Positions 1-12,903 of a DNA stretch of 44,035 nucleotides are shown here, piece by piece. The notes beneath the pieces were generated by a model, which saw only the letters and a list, made by a program, of their open reading frames with translations, was not told the origin of the DNA and ran no database searches. Position 1 is the stretch's first letter. Every line of letters starts with the position of its first letter. The stretch covers positions 37,461-81,495 of the forward strand of contig MU619352.1 in NCBI GenBank assembly GCA_025201805.1, in the 5' to 3' direction. The stretch comes from Parasitella parasitica NRRL 2501 (Eukaryota > Fungi > Mucoromycota). The position numbers and the translations under genes were made by a program.

Positions 1-111
1 AACGGCCGATCATTTTCTAGTTAGCGCCATTTATTTTCTGGTAAACGACAAATATTTTTTTGTAATCGCCATTTATTTTTGTAAAACGGACAATATTTCC
101 CGGCCGCACTG
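1..111. mobile_element. Probable right end (TIR) of a Tc1/mariner-type DNA transposon, truncated by the window edge
   Basis: Ends ...cggccgcactg|TA (reverse complement CAGTGCGGCCG, a Tc1-style CAGTG terminus with a TA target). Internal direct repeat cgccatttatttt at ~25 and ~67. The partner TIR is not in the window. Confidence 0.4.
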
Positions 112-2009
112 TATATATTAGGGTTTCTGGTTACAAACCTTTTATCTTTGAAAAAAGCTAAGTTGCTTACAGAAAAGAATGTCTCCCTAAAACGATTTAA
201 GTAGGGATTTCCATTTTTAGAGAAAAAGAGTGATTGCTTTGTTGTTTTCATAGTGAAAATATAAAGGGAATGTGTTGAAAAATAAACTATCTACATCATA
301 TACAGATGAATTTTTATGACTGGGTGTGTTATCCTGATGGCAGATCGTTTCTTTTCTTTAGCATTTACTTATACCTTCAGTTGATTTGACGTCTTCAAGT
401 GTAGAAGGTCTTATCAGACAAGTACCAAGCAGGGTCCACTATATCCAGTTACACGGTAGAACAGCTAGTCAAGCCTGTGCCATCTTTTTCATAATATTGA
501 ATGGTTCAAAAGTGTATGTCTTTGCAAAGCCAGCCCCGTAAATTTTAGGCGCCTGATTTTTGTTTGGTCTACGCGAACTTTAGTGTGTTATTGTCAGAAA
601 AAAGACAAAAACTTTAAGAAAACAATGTTTAGCGATCTCAAACACAAAAACAAGTAATATAAAGTAATGCATTAGACTATAAGGCGCCTTTTTATTACAT
701 TACTGCATAGCTTAGAACAAGTTTTTGTACTTTTTAAGTTGACATCAGATGAAGGTAACGACTTTTTTGACTTTTTTACGAAAAAGTATATTTCAAAATC
801 GGAGCGTGAGATCGTCAGGCCATGTGCAGACATGCAATTACTACCATTAAAAAGCCAAGGAGCACATTATTTATATACACTAAATTGTAATTGTTTTTCT
901 TTTGAATTGGGCAAGCTGTGGCTTCTCAAAACTAGTGCTTTCGTCAAAAAACACCATTTTTCTTTGGTAACGGAGATTAAACGCGTCCAAAATCAGGAAG
1001 TAAAAATTCTTTCAGAAACTCCATTTGTACAATTAGAAAACAAAATTACTTTTTTAAGGCAAGATATCATCTTCTGATACTATGCATACCCCGGCTGTCA
1101 GTCTATGATAATAGCTGTATTTCTGGACGCTCTACACGATGGTATTATTTCATAACTCTCGTATGCTTATGGAAGGAATTATGTTGATAAAACTTCAAAA
1201 CAGATCAAGAGGGAAAAGTCAATATTTTGCTTAATCAGAGCGCATTTCCAGTCTTTCAGATCAAAGAGTGGTCTTTTACGATCATTTTCCTCCAGTACAT
1301 GCCATAGTAAAAAGTTGCATTTTTGAGGTCAAAATCGAGAATAATGCATAATCAATGATTTTGGATGCGTGGATACAAGGAATAAATCGAAGAAATCCGT
1401 CATTTTGCATCGAAAAAAAAATCATGTTCAAATTGCACCATAATCATATATAATATAGTTTTTTCCCAATGGATACTATTTCTGGTGTTTTTAAGATAAT
1501 TTTAAATATGAAAATCGATCAAAAAATGACACAAAAAGCTAAAGTTCTTGCTTTTAAGCTGTAAAAAACATCCATCTGGAGATGATATCATGTCAATATC
1601 AATTCTAGTACATAATACAGCTTTATAAAGTATGTATTTTTGATGTCACAAGTATACCTTTCTTCGTAGTAATATGATAAAACAGGATTGGCTCATCGAG
1701 TTAGACGCAGAAGAGGATAATTAATGATTACAATGTTTTTGCTGTAAAAAACCCTTGCTATTTGTGAATAATTCATAAGTTGCTAATTGCTAGTGACAGA
1801 GAAGTCCTACTACCATTGTTGCTTATAATAATACCTAATTTCAGTTAAAGAGTCCCTTTTTTATGTAATTCTAATGCTAAATATGTAAAATAGAAAGTAA
1901 AATAGAGGTTAGGATTGTTGTTGAAGGTAATTTTAAAGCTTCATAATAAGCTTCTGGTATATTCCAGGTCCCAGGCACTGTACTGAAGAGTATTAAATTC
2001 TAAATAGGG

Positions 2010-2073
2010 GATAACTCGCTATACCAAACACATTTTTGTACACCAATCCGTCTGTTATAACGAGTCCCAACTG
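2010..2073. mobile_element. pogo/Tigger-like transposon terminus remnant
   Basis: gttataacgagtcccaactg|TA (rc CAGTTGGGACTCGTTATAAC), with an inner inverted copy ctcgctatac at ~2016. This layout resembles pogo/Tigger ends. No partner end found. Confidence 0.35.
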
Positions 2074-2658
2074 TATATTCTTTCCTTGATATTGAATATG
2101 CTGATTTAACAGATGAACATAAAATGATAGTGTGAAATTATAAAAATAGAGATTGTCATTTGCTTGAATATGTCATGATTTTTGAAAAGAGATATATTTA
2201 AAGGAGAAAACAGAATGAAATGGCTGGTTTAAAATTAGATTCAGGGATAAACTGCCAACTTTATGCCTTACTGGTATATGCAGTTTGATAATTTGATAGT
2301 TTGATAGTTTAACCATTTTTTAGTTTAAACACCTATGCAGTTCTATAGACTTGTCTAAATATTTAATCCTATTTAGATGTCTAATGTCTAACGGATATAT
2401 CTGAAATAACTTATCAACATTTAAACAAACAATTTTGTATTGCGGCCCATTGATGATTGTTCAATTTCAGATTTTGAAGTACATGTAGATAGTGTTGATA
2501 AAGAATTTTCATTGTATTGAAAAATGGGATAATAAGAAAAATGGGATAATAAAAAATCAAATAGTTATTCATTTAAAAGTACCTTTTGCTCCTGCACAGT
2601 GGCTTTTTGATCAAGTATAAAATAATATCATTATACCGTCATTTCAGTTAAAAAAAAA

Positions 2659-4287
2659 GTGTGTTTCTTGATGAATCAACCTTTCACATTAATTTGAAAC
2701 GGGGTATGGCTTGGTCAGAGAAAGCCGCTCCTGCAATAGTTACAGTGCCTACAACGAAAGCAAACACAACATCGATTTTAGTTCCAACATCTGCAAATGG
2801 CTTAATTAATATAAGCTTGCGAGTTCCAAAGCATATCAAAAAGAGAAAGCTTGGACGTGCGACTGATGGTTGTTGCACAGGGACAGCGACAAGCCATTAT
2901 CTAAGCTTTTAAAGGCTACTCTTGATGAAATGGACAAGTATCCTGAAGTGTTCGTTCTAATGTTGCTTTTTGGATTAACACCTAATCAAGATAAAAATGC
3001 TATTATGCGTACAGATTTAACCCACCCTATCTTGAAAACTGATATTTGAAGATCTTGTACTTTTATGAATATTAGTTTATAATTTTTAACAATACATGAT
3101 GACTTATTTAGATTAATAATTGACAAGACTAATATACAGTGATAATTTACTTGACAAGAGGTACGGTATAAGATTATACAACAAGTTCATATTAATATCT
3201 TATTCACAGCTGTAGCATTATTATTTCTGCCAAAAATCAAAATCTTGTCTCAATTTTTATTCTTTACAATATACAATAATGCATATAAATGATGAAAGAA
3301 AACGGGGCGACCAAAATGAAACTACGAATTTTCGCAAAAGTGGTTTGGAAGCCAAGTTCAACAAAATCTGAGGGGCATTACCTTGTCATGGATAGTGCTC
3401 CTATCCATTATTTGATTGACACCGGAAAGTATATTCACTCTCGAGGATATCACTATGCATATCTTCCGCCGTATTCTCCAGATTTTTTTTTTTTTTTGTA
3501 AGACAAGTGTATCTTTATTAATCTTTCAGTATGAATTATGTAATAACTATAGAAAGGGTCAAGTGGTCAGCTTGGACACCTGTAGAAGACAAAAGAGAAG
3601 ACATTAAAGAACTATAACCATGTTTAAAAATGCTTATAGCATAAGAAGGTATCCAAAGTTCCACGTCTATGACACTTCGCCAGTGATATTTCCAGAGCGT
3701 TGTGGCAACCAGCAAGTCTTCATCATATCCAACGAACAAAAGAAGTTAGAGCAGTCCAGATAGCAATGCTAGAGGAGAAGGGATCCTGCAAAGACAACAA
3801 GGATACAACTTCTCGCCAATAGTCTGCTTCAAAAGAGCAACCAACAGCAAAATGATAGTGGTCCTCCGTATCAATACCACAAAGAGCACACATAGAAGAT
3901 GGCACTTTGTCAGGAACAATTCGATGCAACCAGAAGTGATGACTAATACGGTCATGTAATAAACGCCACCATGGTATAAACGCTTTTGCCAAAGTTACAG
4001 CAGACCGAGGCGTTATGTAGTACATGTCAGGAGGTACAACAAGACTAGACTCAATAACGTCACTCGAAGTAGAACGGAAAGCCATATCCACCTGGCGCAA
4101 AGTTAGCGACAACCCATCCAGGCGGTATTCTCCAGAACTGAATCTGATCGAACAATTCTGGTCCGTTGTCAAGAGTAAAGTTAAGCGCATTAAGTGCTTG
4201 GAAAAAGAATCGTTGATGACTTGAATTACCGAGACATGTGATAGCTTATATTTAAGTGATTTCAACGGCTGTGTTTCTCATTCTGTT
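2659..4287 (+). pseudogene. Tc1/IS630-family DD34E transposase, degenerate and split by two insertions
   Basis: Pieces: FLDESTFHINLKRGMAWS...(frameshift ~2910)...LDEMDKYPE (to ~2948); GHYLVMDSAPIH...LPPYSP (3371-3482); ELNLIEQFWSVVKSKVKR (from ~4135). After removing the LINE the second D and the E are 34 residues apart. Confidence 0.85.
3483..4124 (-). mobile_element. 5'-truncated non-LTR retrotransposon (LINE) 3' end with zf-RVT domain
   Basis: T15 at 3483-3497 (poly(A) of the minus strand). Perfect 12-bp TSD gtattctccaga at 3471-3482 and 4125-4136. Encodes WWRLLHDRI...CALCGIDTEDHYHFAVGC (zf-RVT), then frameshifted LWKYHWRSVID. Confidence 0.85.
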
Positions 4288-4289
4288 GG

Positions 4290-4752
4290 ATTGTGTGCAA
4301 GAAGATGAGGGAATTTTTGATCGAATTGACAAATTCGATTTCAGCATATTGGGACCATCTCAAGAACGAGGTTAATTTTATCACTATTGGTTATGCCAGA
4401 AAATATCCAGCCAAAGAAAAATGATGCATCGAGAACGCAACTTCTGCAACTCATGGTTGACAAGCTGTATTTTCGAATAAAGTATGAGGAAGTGTATGTC
4501 AGTCCGTGCTGCTTTGCCAATGAACCGATTTTAGAACGTGATTCCGCTGCATCAAGTCGCTTGTTTTCAGTCATCAAAGGTTGCAATGGTGGCATTACAG
4601 ATTTGACGAAGCGCACCCATTACGCTCAAAAACATAAATGTCTGGCTATTATTGACTATGCTGGCCTTTCCACATCTCCGAATGACATTCGAAAATTTCT
4701 CGACACATACCCCAATATCCAAGAAATTGAAACTATTTCATTCACTGAGTAA
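4290..4752 (+). pseudogene. Frameshifted serine-recombinase/resolvase-like ORF remnant, probably TE-derived
   Basis: Frame from 4305 reads MREFLIELTNSISAYWDHLKNEVNFITIGYARKYPAKE. A +1 slip in the A-run (~4417) joins NDASRTQLLQLMVDKL...CLAIIDYAGLSTSPNDIRKFL. Resembles resolvase IGYARVS and LVVxxLDRLSR motifs. Confidence 0.45.
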
Positions 4753-5066
4753 ATCTAGAGGATTCTATTGAGGATATAAAGGTTTGTTATCAGAAATCTA
4801 AATACTATTAAATTATCACAAACACCGTGACATTTATTTCAGAAACCATAAAAAGAATGTACCGTATATCACCCAAATTCTAAAAAAAAAATTCTAAAAA
4901 AAATTATAATCTTCTCAAATGTAACCAAAAATCCTGAAGAATGATAATCCGAATACTCTTGTGAAGTCTTATAAGATATAGTATTAAGTGTATTAGTTGC
5001 TGTAGTATTATGTGTAGCTGCGGTGTCATTACTTTCGTTAAAATCATTATTTTAAGTGTTGTTGTA

Positions 5067-6740
5067 CTAAGGTGATAAAGGTGATGACCTAGGTTGAGTT
5101 GGAGCACTGCGAGGCTGAACAGGATTTAAAGGTGATTCATCTGGGGAATTGTTGTCCGCTAATCCTGGTGGTGGCCTCCATTCGTTTCCTTTTTCTTTGG
5201 CGCCGCCAGATCGTGCTGCTATAGCTAATTCTTTCAATTTAAGAACATCTTCTGCAGATAATGAAGTAGCCGGCTTCTGGTTCAAATAGTCCAATACGCT
5301 TGCTTTGTAAGTGCTGCCAGTTTTTCTTGTTTGCCCATAAGCTTGGTTTGAATGTAGTTTATCCTTTTCCCCTGTTAATTTATTCATCTTCTGTGCCCAA
5401 TGCCTCTGTTCGATTAGTTTCTTCCGATTTTTGTTTTCATCAGGTTTGGTATAATCGTACGTCAAGAACTTTTCTTCCATACGTTGTCTTTCAGGGCTCT
5501 GCTCCAGTATATTTGGATTTGTTGCTTGGCTTTTGACAGAGGTTGCGTAGGATGCAGCCGCTCCACTACGTTTAGGATTTCGCTTCTTCACTTTCAACGG
5601 ATTATCTTCTAGTAAAATTTCTTCCAATTCGTGTGTTGGGTCAAAATTAGCCCTTTTGTTCTGTAAAACCAACGAAGGATAAATAACCATAAAAAAAAAA
5701 AGAGAGAAAAGAGCGTATATACTTACATCTGGCGCAAAAGGTGGTTTTACTCGCTTGAGTTCAAGCAACTCCCAAGCAATGCCATGAAACCAAGGATGAT
5801 GCATTAGTCTTTGAAATCCCCGCTTTCCAACTCCAATTCTACATTTGATGTCTTTTGATAGAAGGCACTTTATAAAATCTATTGCATGATTTGATAGTTT
5901 GTGATTTCCAGGAATGTGTATGTCATCGTGAAGAATCGCATGTTGAAGGGCTTCGTTTGATTTTCCTCGAAAAGGTCTTTTTCCAAGCAGTAACTCGTAA
6001 ATGACAATACCCAATGACCACCAATCGACCGATGCAAAATAACCTCTTTTTTGTAGCACCTCTGGAGCGATATAAGCAAAACTGCCAGCAACAGATGTCA
6101 ATGGCTTTTCATTGTTTATAGTTGTCGCAATGTTAAAGTCAGTAAGGTGAGCATGTCCTTGTTCATCCAATAGAATGTTGTCTGGTTTAACGTCTCTATG
6201 TATGGGTGTAAATTAGTATGGTTGCACACATTAAAATATATTACATTAATATTGAAGTACCTGTGAATAATGTTTAATGAATGAAGGTAATGTAAGCTAA
6301 CTGCAACTTCAGCAGCAAAAAATCTCACATATTCTTCTGGTATCACACCCAAACGATCAAGATGAAATCTTAGATCACCTCCTAGCATCAAATCCAGTAC
6401 CATGAAAAGATTATCATCATCTTGAAATGCATATCTCATATTCACAATCAAGTTGCAGCTGATCTGTTCCAGTAATCGTCTCTCTGATATAATATTTTCA
6501 ACTGTTTTCATTTGGATGCATTTCGTCTTGTTGATATATTTCAAAGCATACAGCTGTTTAGTGCCTTTATGTTGAACTACTCGAACTTTACCAAAGGCAC
6601 CTTTACCGACTGATCTTAAGAGAGTAAAATGTGATAATTCGACTATGCTATAATGTTAATTCAATTCATAAAAACTAAATTTTGTAGCTACCTTCGCCTT
6701 CGAGATCGAAAAGCTCTTCTCTACAACAAACTACACCCAT
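5067..6740 (-). CDS. Ser/Thr protein kinase, AGC group, STK32/YANK-like
   Basis: Exons 6740-6692, 6642-6261, 6195-5727, 5660-5067 with GT-AG introns. Motifs GKGAFGKV, HRDVKPDN, the YANK-typical TDFNIA, APE, DWWSLG and C-tail NFDPTHELEEILLEDNPL. N-terminus MGVVCC. Confidence 0.9.
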
Positions 6741-8559
6741 TAGGTTGGTTTCTTTTTCTATATTATTATAGTTCTCTATTAAGGGAAAGAGTGTCTTATT
6801 CGAAATATCTACAATCTAATTGACATAAATAGATGGAAAAAAGTCGTAAAGAATGAAAGTTTTTCTTCGATTACTGGGGAAAGGAGGAGGTAGAAGTAAA
6901 CAGGCTTCGTTAACCGAGATTGTTCAGAAGAGACAACTTTTGAATTAAAATCCGCCGAATCATTATCTCGTATCACCACCACTTCAATTGATATATAATT
7001 ACTGTACCTCCCCACTCTTAACCATATTTCTCTTTCCTTTAAAGTTACATCACAATCTAAACATCAACAGTAGTTCTGTCTACTTTATATGTCAAAAGTA
7101 AGCTCCCTTAAACTAGGATGGGCAATACTGTGTCCAAGGATTCTTATTCAATATCATAGTCTTACGAAAAAACGCGAATCAAAGTTGACTTAGCCTGGAG
7201 AACTTGTTAAATGCTTTATCCCATTAACGAATCAGCATCTTGAGAGAAACACTTGAATTAAAAAAAAAGATTTTATATCTAGAAAACAACCTTTTCTCAA
7301 TTATTATCATGCACCCAATCTTATGTAGATAAGCAAAGATTATCTTTTGATATAAATTTATTAAACTGAAAAGAGGTTATAATGAGCTTAATAAAGATTT
7401 CCTTTTGTACAGTAAACCTGAGAATAAGTAAGACAAATGAGATATTTTTTTAGACAAAGTGAATAAAAAATCAGAACCCTTTGTACCCATAGAATACCAT
7501 GTCTATTACTATTTCTATTCAGTTATTACTATGCGAACCATTAATGGTCGGATCTACAACTAGATGTCATTGATTATTCTACTTGATGAATAGAAGTAAT
7601 CAATAGACTGTCTTGTATAGCAAATCATCTCATTTTTCAATATTCATCATAAATATCACTTATTTGCTCATAACTTTTGCTAAAATGACCGTATCTGGTT
7701 AACATTTGGGTTTTTTTATTATCATTTTATATCCAACATCAAATGTGAAAATCAATCATTGGCGAGGGTTGAAGGCTATATGGCTATAGTTTGCTCTTGG
7801 TTCACCTCTGGTGATGGCTGCTGTGTCAATTTCATAACCAGAAGTCAAGCCCAAGTAAACTTATTACTGAACACAATGCAGGAACAAATTCCGATGAATT
7901 ATGTTCTATATTCATAACTCTAAATCACACCATTTTCTCACACTTACACCTTATCCCCCCCATCAGCAAACTTGCTCCAGACAGTATCCGGTTTCCACTA
8001 ATTTTTTGTGTATTCTTTGAGCCAAGATATTTAAATATTGCATGAATGATGAAATAAAAAGAAATCTGTTAAAATCTCGTTAATTATTGCTAGAAGATAA
8101 GAAAAAGTGTTTATCTTGACTTTATATGTATTCAAAAATGTATTATAAATACGGCGCCTTGCAATAGAAAGAGGTGGTCTCTCAGCAAGAACGCTACCGG
8201 AGTCGATGGGCAGTTGTAGTATGCAAAAAACTTCCATATATTTCGACATATTTTTTAAGTGGTTTTGAAAGAGTACTTAATTTTAAAATTTAGCAACTTT
8301 TTTATATTTTACAACGTTATCATGCTACGCAACTTAATATCTGTCCAGTAATCATAGCTCTGATTTTCCTAATGCTTACTGAGAAATTAAAGATTTGAGA
8401 CATAAAACGTTCAAATTTTTCAATTATATCATGAGATTATCTTGGTAGGCTAATACTTGGATTATGAAATTTTTCCGGTGATTGATGTTGAAACATCAAT
8501 AATTCAAAATTTCAAGAATGCTGTATTATGATAAGGTTTATAGAATAAAGGGTCTTTTA

Positions 8560-9300
8560 TTTTCATCTATTTATAATGTCAATGTCCTTCAAATATGCTA
8601 TCTCATTGCAAGATATTCAGTCTAGTATATCCACTCCAATACCGAGCTATTGTTGTGTTTGCTTTTAATAGTCTTAGTTTTTCTTGCCAGTATTTTATCA
8701 ACCTGATCATTAACTTGACCTTCGGTTTGCATATTACCGTGCTTTTGTACAGTAAAATGTTGGATAACTTGGTCACGGGAAGTAGATGGCCTCAGTTTGC
8801 CATCCCGCAGCATGGTGGATAGACCAACAACGAAGCGTCGCACTTCTTCCTCGGAAATGCGTATCTTACTTGTCTGTCCTATGGGCCATACCTGTTGGGA
8901 ACACAATGTTAAGAGTTATCATTGAACTACATGGTCCATCAACTTACTTTATCAAGATCTTCTTGGCATCTTTTCGGTATACCATTTATTGAGGATGCCT
9001 ATTAATACGTGATATCTCAGACATAGTAAGATATGAGATATATACTGTGCTTACAGATCGAATTGGAGCTGAAATAGAACCACCTCCTTTGATAATATGT
9101 AGGGAGTTTGTAGGTCTGAAAGAACAAGATTTTATAACAGAGTTTCTGATCATGCTGACCTGTTTTGTGTACTAGTTTTTGAAAAACGATTGTCCATTTC
9201 CTCACTATTTATATGATTGTCAATGAGTAATTCACGGGAGAAGCAATGTGCATGGTAGCAAAACTAAGATCATCTGCATCAAGTTGAGAGCCTCTGTACA
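8560..9300 (-). pseudogene. Degenerate intron-containing ORF remnant, likely repeat-derived
   Basis: Stop-interrupted reading ...LSKEVVLFQLQFDL|gtaagc intron|...QVWPIGQTSKIRISEEEVRRFVVGLS...SSVLEWIY*TEYLAMR*HI. No intact start. Confidence 0.35.
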
Positions 9301-9909
9301 TATAAAAAATTTAAAAAAGTTAAGAGTTTTATTTAAGATTTAATCTATGGAAAAAGCAGCTAATTTGCTTACAACGGAAATAGTCAAATGCTTCTTGCAT
9401 GAAATGATTCCATTACTTCAATTTAATAGAATAAAACATCTAAATAGGAAAATATTAACTTTCGCATCCGAGGATTTCAGGAGTAGATAACCGCTGACAA
9501 GCTTATGCAACATGTTCAATTGTTAGTTGCATTAGATCTAAATGCATAGACAACTTGTAAAATGAGCTTTTTTTGCATTTCATTCATATTGGAAAAAAAA
9601 CCGAGGTACATAAGACATCCCAACTCTAAAGCTGTCTCATCTTTATAGCAATAAAATAATACTTTCTCATGCACATGGGTGAAATGCCCTTACTATTTTA
9701 TCACATGGCGTCTTATTTTATATGCCTGCATACTCCCAAGCAACTATTGAACCTACTATATCTACGAGGTGAAAGGCAATCACATATGGATAAAGAAAGC
9801 ATAACAAAAACCAGCATGACGTCTCTAGGTTACGTTACAATTACATGGCAAGCAAACAAATTGTACATATCCTTTAAACAAAATTAAGATTTATTTAACC
9901 ACAACTATT

Positions 9910-12326
9910 TTATTTTCCTCCAGTTGGATTTTCTTGATTTGAGATCATTTCAGAGATATTCTTTTGTAGCAGACTCCAGTCATCAGGCTTTGGGGTTGCG
10001 ACCTTTTGAGTAAAAGAACTATATTAGTTTTACGTAAATACCCAGCTAGCCATACTATACCTCTCCAATGTCATAAACATACACACGGCCGTCGCTAGAA
10101 CCTATTGCAGTCTTCTTGCCTTCTTTATCCCAAGCCAATTTGTTCAGTGCTCTACCAGAACCCACTTGGGTGCTGACAAATGGCTCCTCGGTATCTGCAT
10201 TCAGGTTCCATAAATCAAATTGGCCAGTACCATCTACGGTTCCAAACAAGGCAGGATGTGTAGGGGACCATTTCACATCATAAACATAGTCATCTGCGTG
10301 TTCAAACGAGTAGAGAGGAGGGATGGCAGATGCTTGTGTGGAAGTTTTAGAAATGGACTGTGTAAATCAAACGTTAACTACCATACCAAGATCAGATATT
10401 GATTATAGTATATATACCTTGGCTCGCCATAATTTCACTGTCCAGTCCACAGAAGAGGTGAGGTACAGGTCTGAAAAGTCAACAGGGCCATGTAAAGGAT
10501 GAAAATTCAGTCCTGTTACCATGCCATGATGGCCACGATATGTATCGTATTGATTTATACCAGCTTTGCTGCCTGCACGATCATATCTATTTGCTTGGTA
10601 GACATTTCCCTCTTCAGTACCAGCCCAGAAAGCCGTAGTTTCATTATCTGGGAAACCCATGCAAGTGACCGAGACTTCATCCGTCTTGTTGTGAGCAGGA
10701 TGAAGTAGCTCTAAATAATCTTGAGGTTGTGCCAACATATCCAATTGCCATGAGCAGACAAAGCCATCTGTACTGGCCGAGATCAGATTATGTGCATTTT
10801 GAGTGCCCACCATCTCAATGCTGTACACTGGATGTGTGTGCCCGCCAGCTGATAACGGGGTCTTTAGCACAGGAAGAGACTTGGCTCGAGTATCCCATAG
10901 CACAATCTGACCAGAATAGGTACCACCGATAATGTAGTTTGGATGGAATTTACTAAACATGACGCTGAGTACATCTGACTGGGAATGAAATACAAATTCA
11001 GGGCGATCCAACAAATGCTCATTCCAGACAAGAGCAACGCCGTCTGGTTCATTGGGTGCAAGAGGGTTCTTGTTATAAGAGGAGACGACCAACTCTGGGT
11101 ACTATTCGGTTGAATGTTTGTGAGGCAAAGTTCTTTTTTTTTTCTTATATACTGATATACGTACTTTAAGAGACCAATTAACGTCAGTGACAGATCTGTT
11201 CTTGCACCATTTCTCATCCCAAAATTCGCAAACAAACTTCACATGTTTACCAGAATTTTCATCACTACAGGATACATAGTCAGTAAAGGTGTCATTCTTT
11301 TTTTTTTCCATTATGAGACTTACTTTTCGACATCAATGCCAAGGGTATAATCTTTCATGAAATCATATTTCTCATTCAAAGCTCGTTCGACTAGTTTTGA
11401 AGAAATATCAACAAATTCAGCAAACTCTTGAGATTTTTGAATCACCTTTGTCTCTTCCTCGGTCAACTCTTTAAGCCAAAAATATTAGTGTTTTCGTGCA
11501 ACGACATGTACAATCTTCTATTTTACCTCTGATCTCCTCCTGCTTTTCTTGCTCGGCTCTTCTGATTTCCTCCTCCAGTTGCGCTATTTTAAGCTTTTCC
11601 CTCGCTTCAAATTCCTCCGTGATTTGTCTTCTAATGTCTTCTTCTGATATCTCAGGTGCTTCCATAGTTCCATCGGTGGTCTGAATCTCTTTGCTATAAA
11701 CGACTTGTTCCTGTAAATGTCAAAATATGAGCACAAAGCTGAATATCTGTAGTAGACGCAAATATATTTACAAGTGGCGGGATATCAGCAACAAATGCTT
11801 GTGATTCAGTCAATTCTGCTACATAATGAGGAGTTGCTGTATTGGTAGTCGAGGCAGCATTTGGCTGAGAGGACATGGAAAGCATGGAAAGACGTGCTTC
11901 AGCTCTGTATTTTGACACTTGTTAATGCGACTCATCGGCTACTGTGCATATTTTGTCTAGAAAACTTACTGACTGATTGGTGTTCCAGGCACAGAATAAT
12001 TTGCAGAAGTAGGACGTGAGCTGGAGAAATCCGAGCCCGCATCTGAGCGGTCGCTCCCTGCAGCAGCACCTGGTGTAGAAGGACGCTCACCCAAAACCAA
12101 AGCTACGAGATCATCGATAGCTTTCCGGTCTCTACCAGTAGTTGTTGAAGAAGTTTGTGTCTGTTTGCGACAGGATAAGTATAGAAAAAAGGGGAGAGCC
12201 ATTGGAAATACTTACAGAAGAAGATTGCGCTGATTGGCTCTCTAATAAAACTTGCCTCTCTTGTCGAGCACGTCGAAGTTCAGCTAGCTTTTGTCTCTTT
12301 TTTTCCAGTTCTTCTTTTCTACCCAT
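9910..12326 (-). CDS. Cytoplasmic dynein intermediate chain (DYNC1I/Pac11/NudI family), WD40
   Basis: N-terminal helix [21 protein letters not shown]; [18 protein letters not shown]; WD40 repeats ([39 protein letters not shown]). Multi-exon; last exon ...[12 protein letters not shown] at 9912-9910. Confidence 0.93.
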
Positions 12327-12860
12327 TTTCGTACAAGAATGAAAAAGGAGGAAAAAGGAATACCATATATGATGATCTGGACATCAAATATCTAATTAGG
12401 GTGTCCTTATTATACGCTTGTGACGTTTTGGCTTGACTGACATGTAAGGCATCATGTACTGTTGTTATGCATATTCGAAGTGGATGTTTGCTAATAAAGA
12501 AGATGGGACAAACTAGCCAAAGAGTGGCTTTGTTGTAGCGAAATCACTTTCAAAACTTTTTCATATTTATTGATGCTTTTTGTTTTTTTCAAATCAACGC
12601 TTGTAATGGTTGGTTTAGATTAATGCTGCTCCCGTCTACTTACTGTGGCATTCTCTACCAGATGCACGTATAAAAAGAAACTCTTTTAAACAGCCCAATA
12701 CAGCTCCATCTCGTCGCGCTCAAGTTTTTGCATACAAATAGTAGAAAACTTGGGCTATAACCTGTTTAAAGACTGCGAATATGCAATTATAATGCTCTAC
12801 GCTATCTTATATTTTGAACTGGCGAGGATAACTGTGTCAATCTTTTTTTTTTTTTTTTTT

Positions 12861-12880
12861 NNNNNNNNNNNNNNNNNNNN
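12861..12880. other. Assembly gap (20 N) within a poly-T run
   Basis: N run flanked by T tracts. Confidence 0.99.
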
Positions 12881-12903
12881 TTTTTCGTCCCAAGTAAAAA
12901 ACA

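Noticed and set aside
739-1077. 112-aa ORF and other short ORFs in 1-2600
   Set aside because: Non-ATG start or low-complexity AT-rich translation with no domain; probably the interior of non-coding repeats.
7408-7515. TA|CAGTAAACC possible pogo-like TIR start
   Set aside because: No matching opposite terminus found; too short to support.
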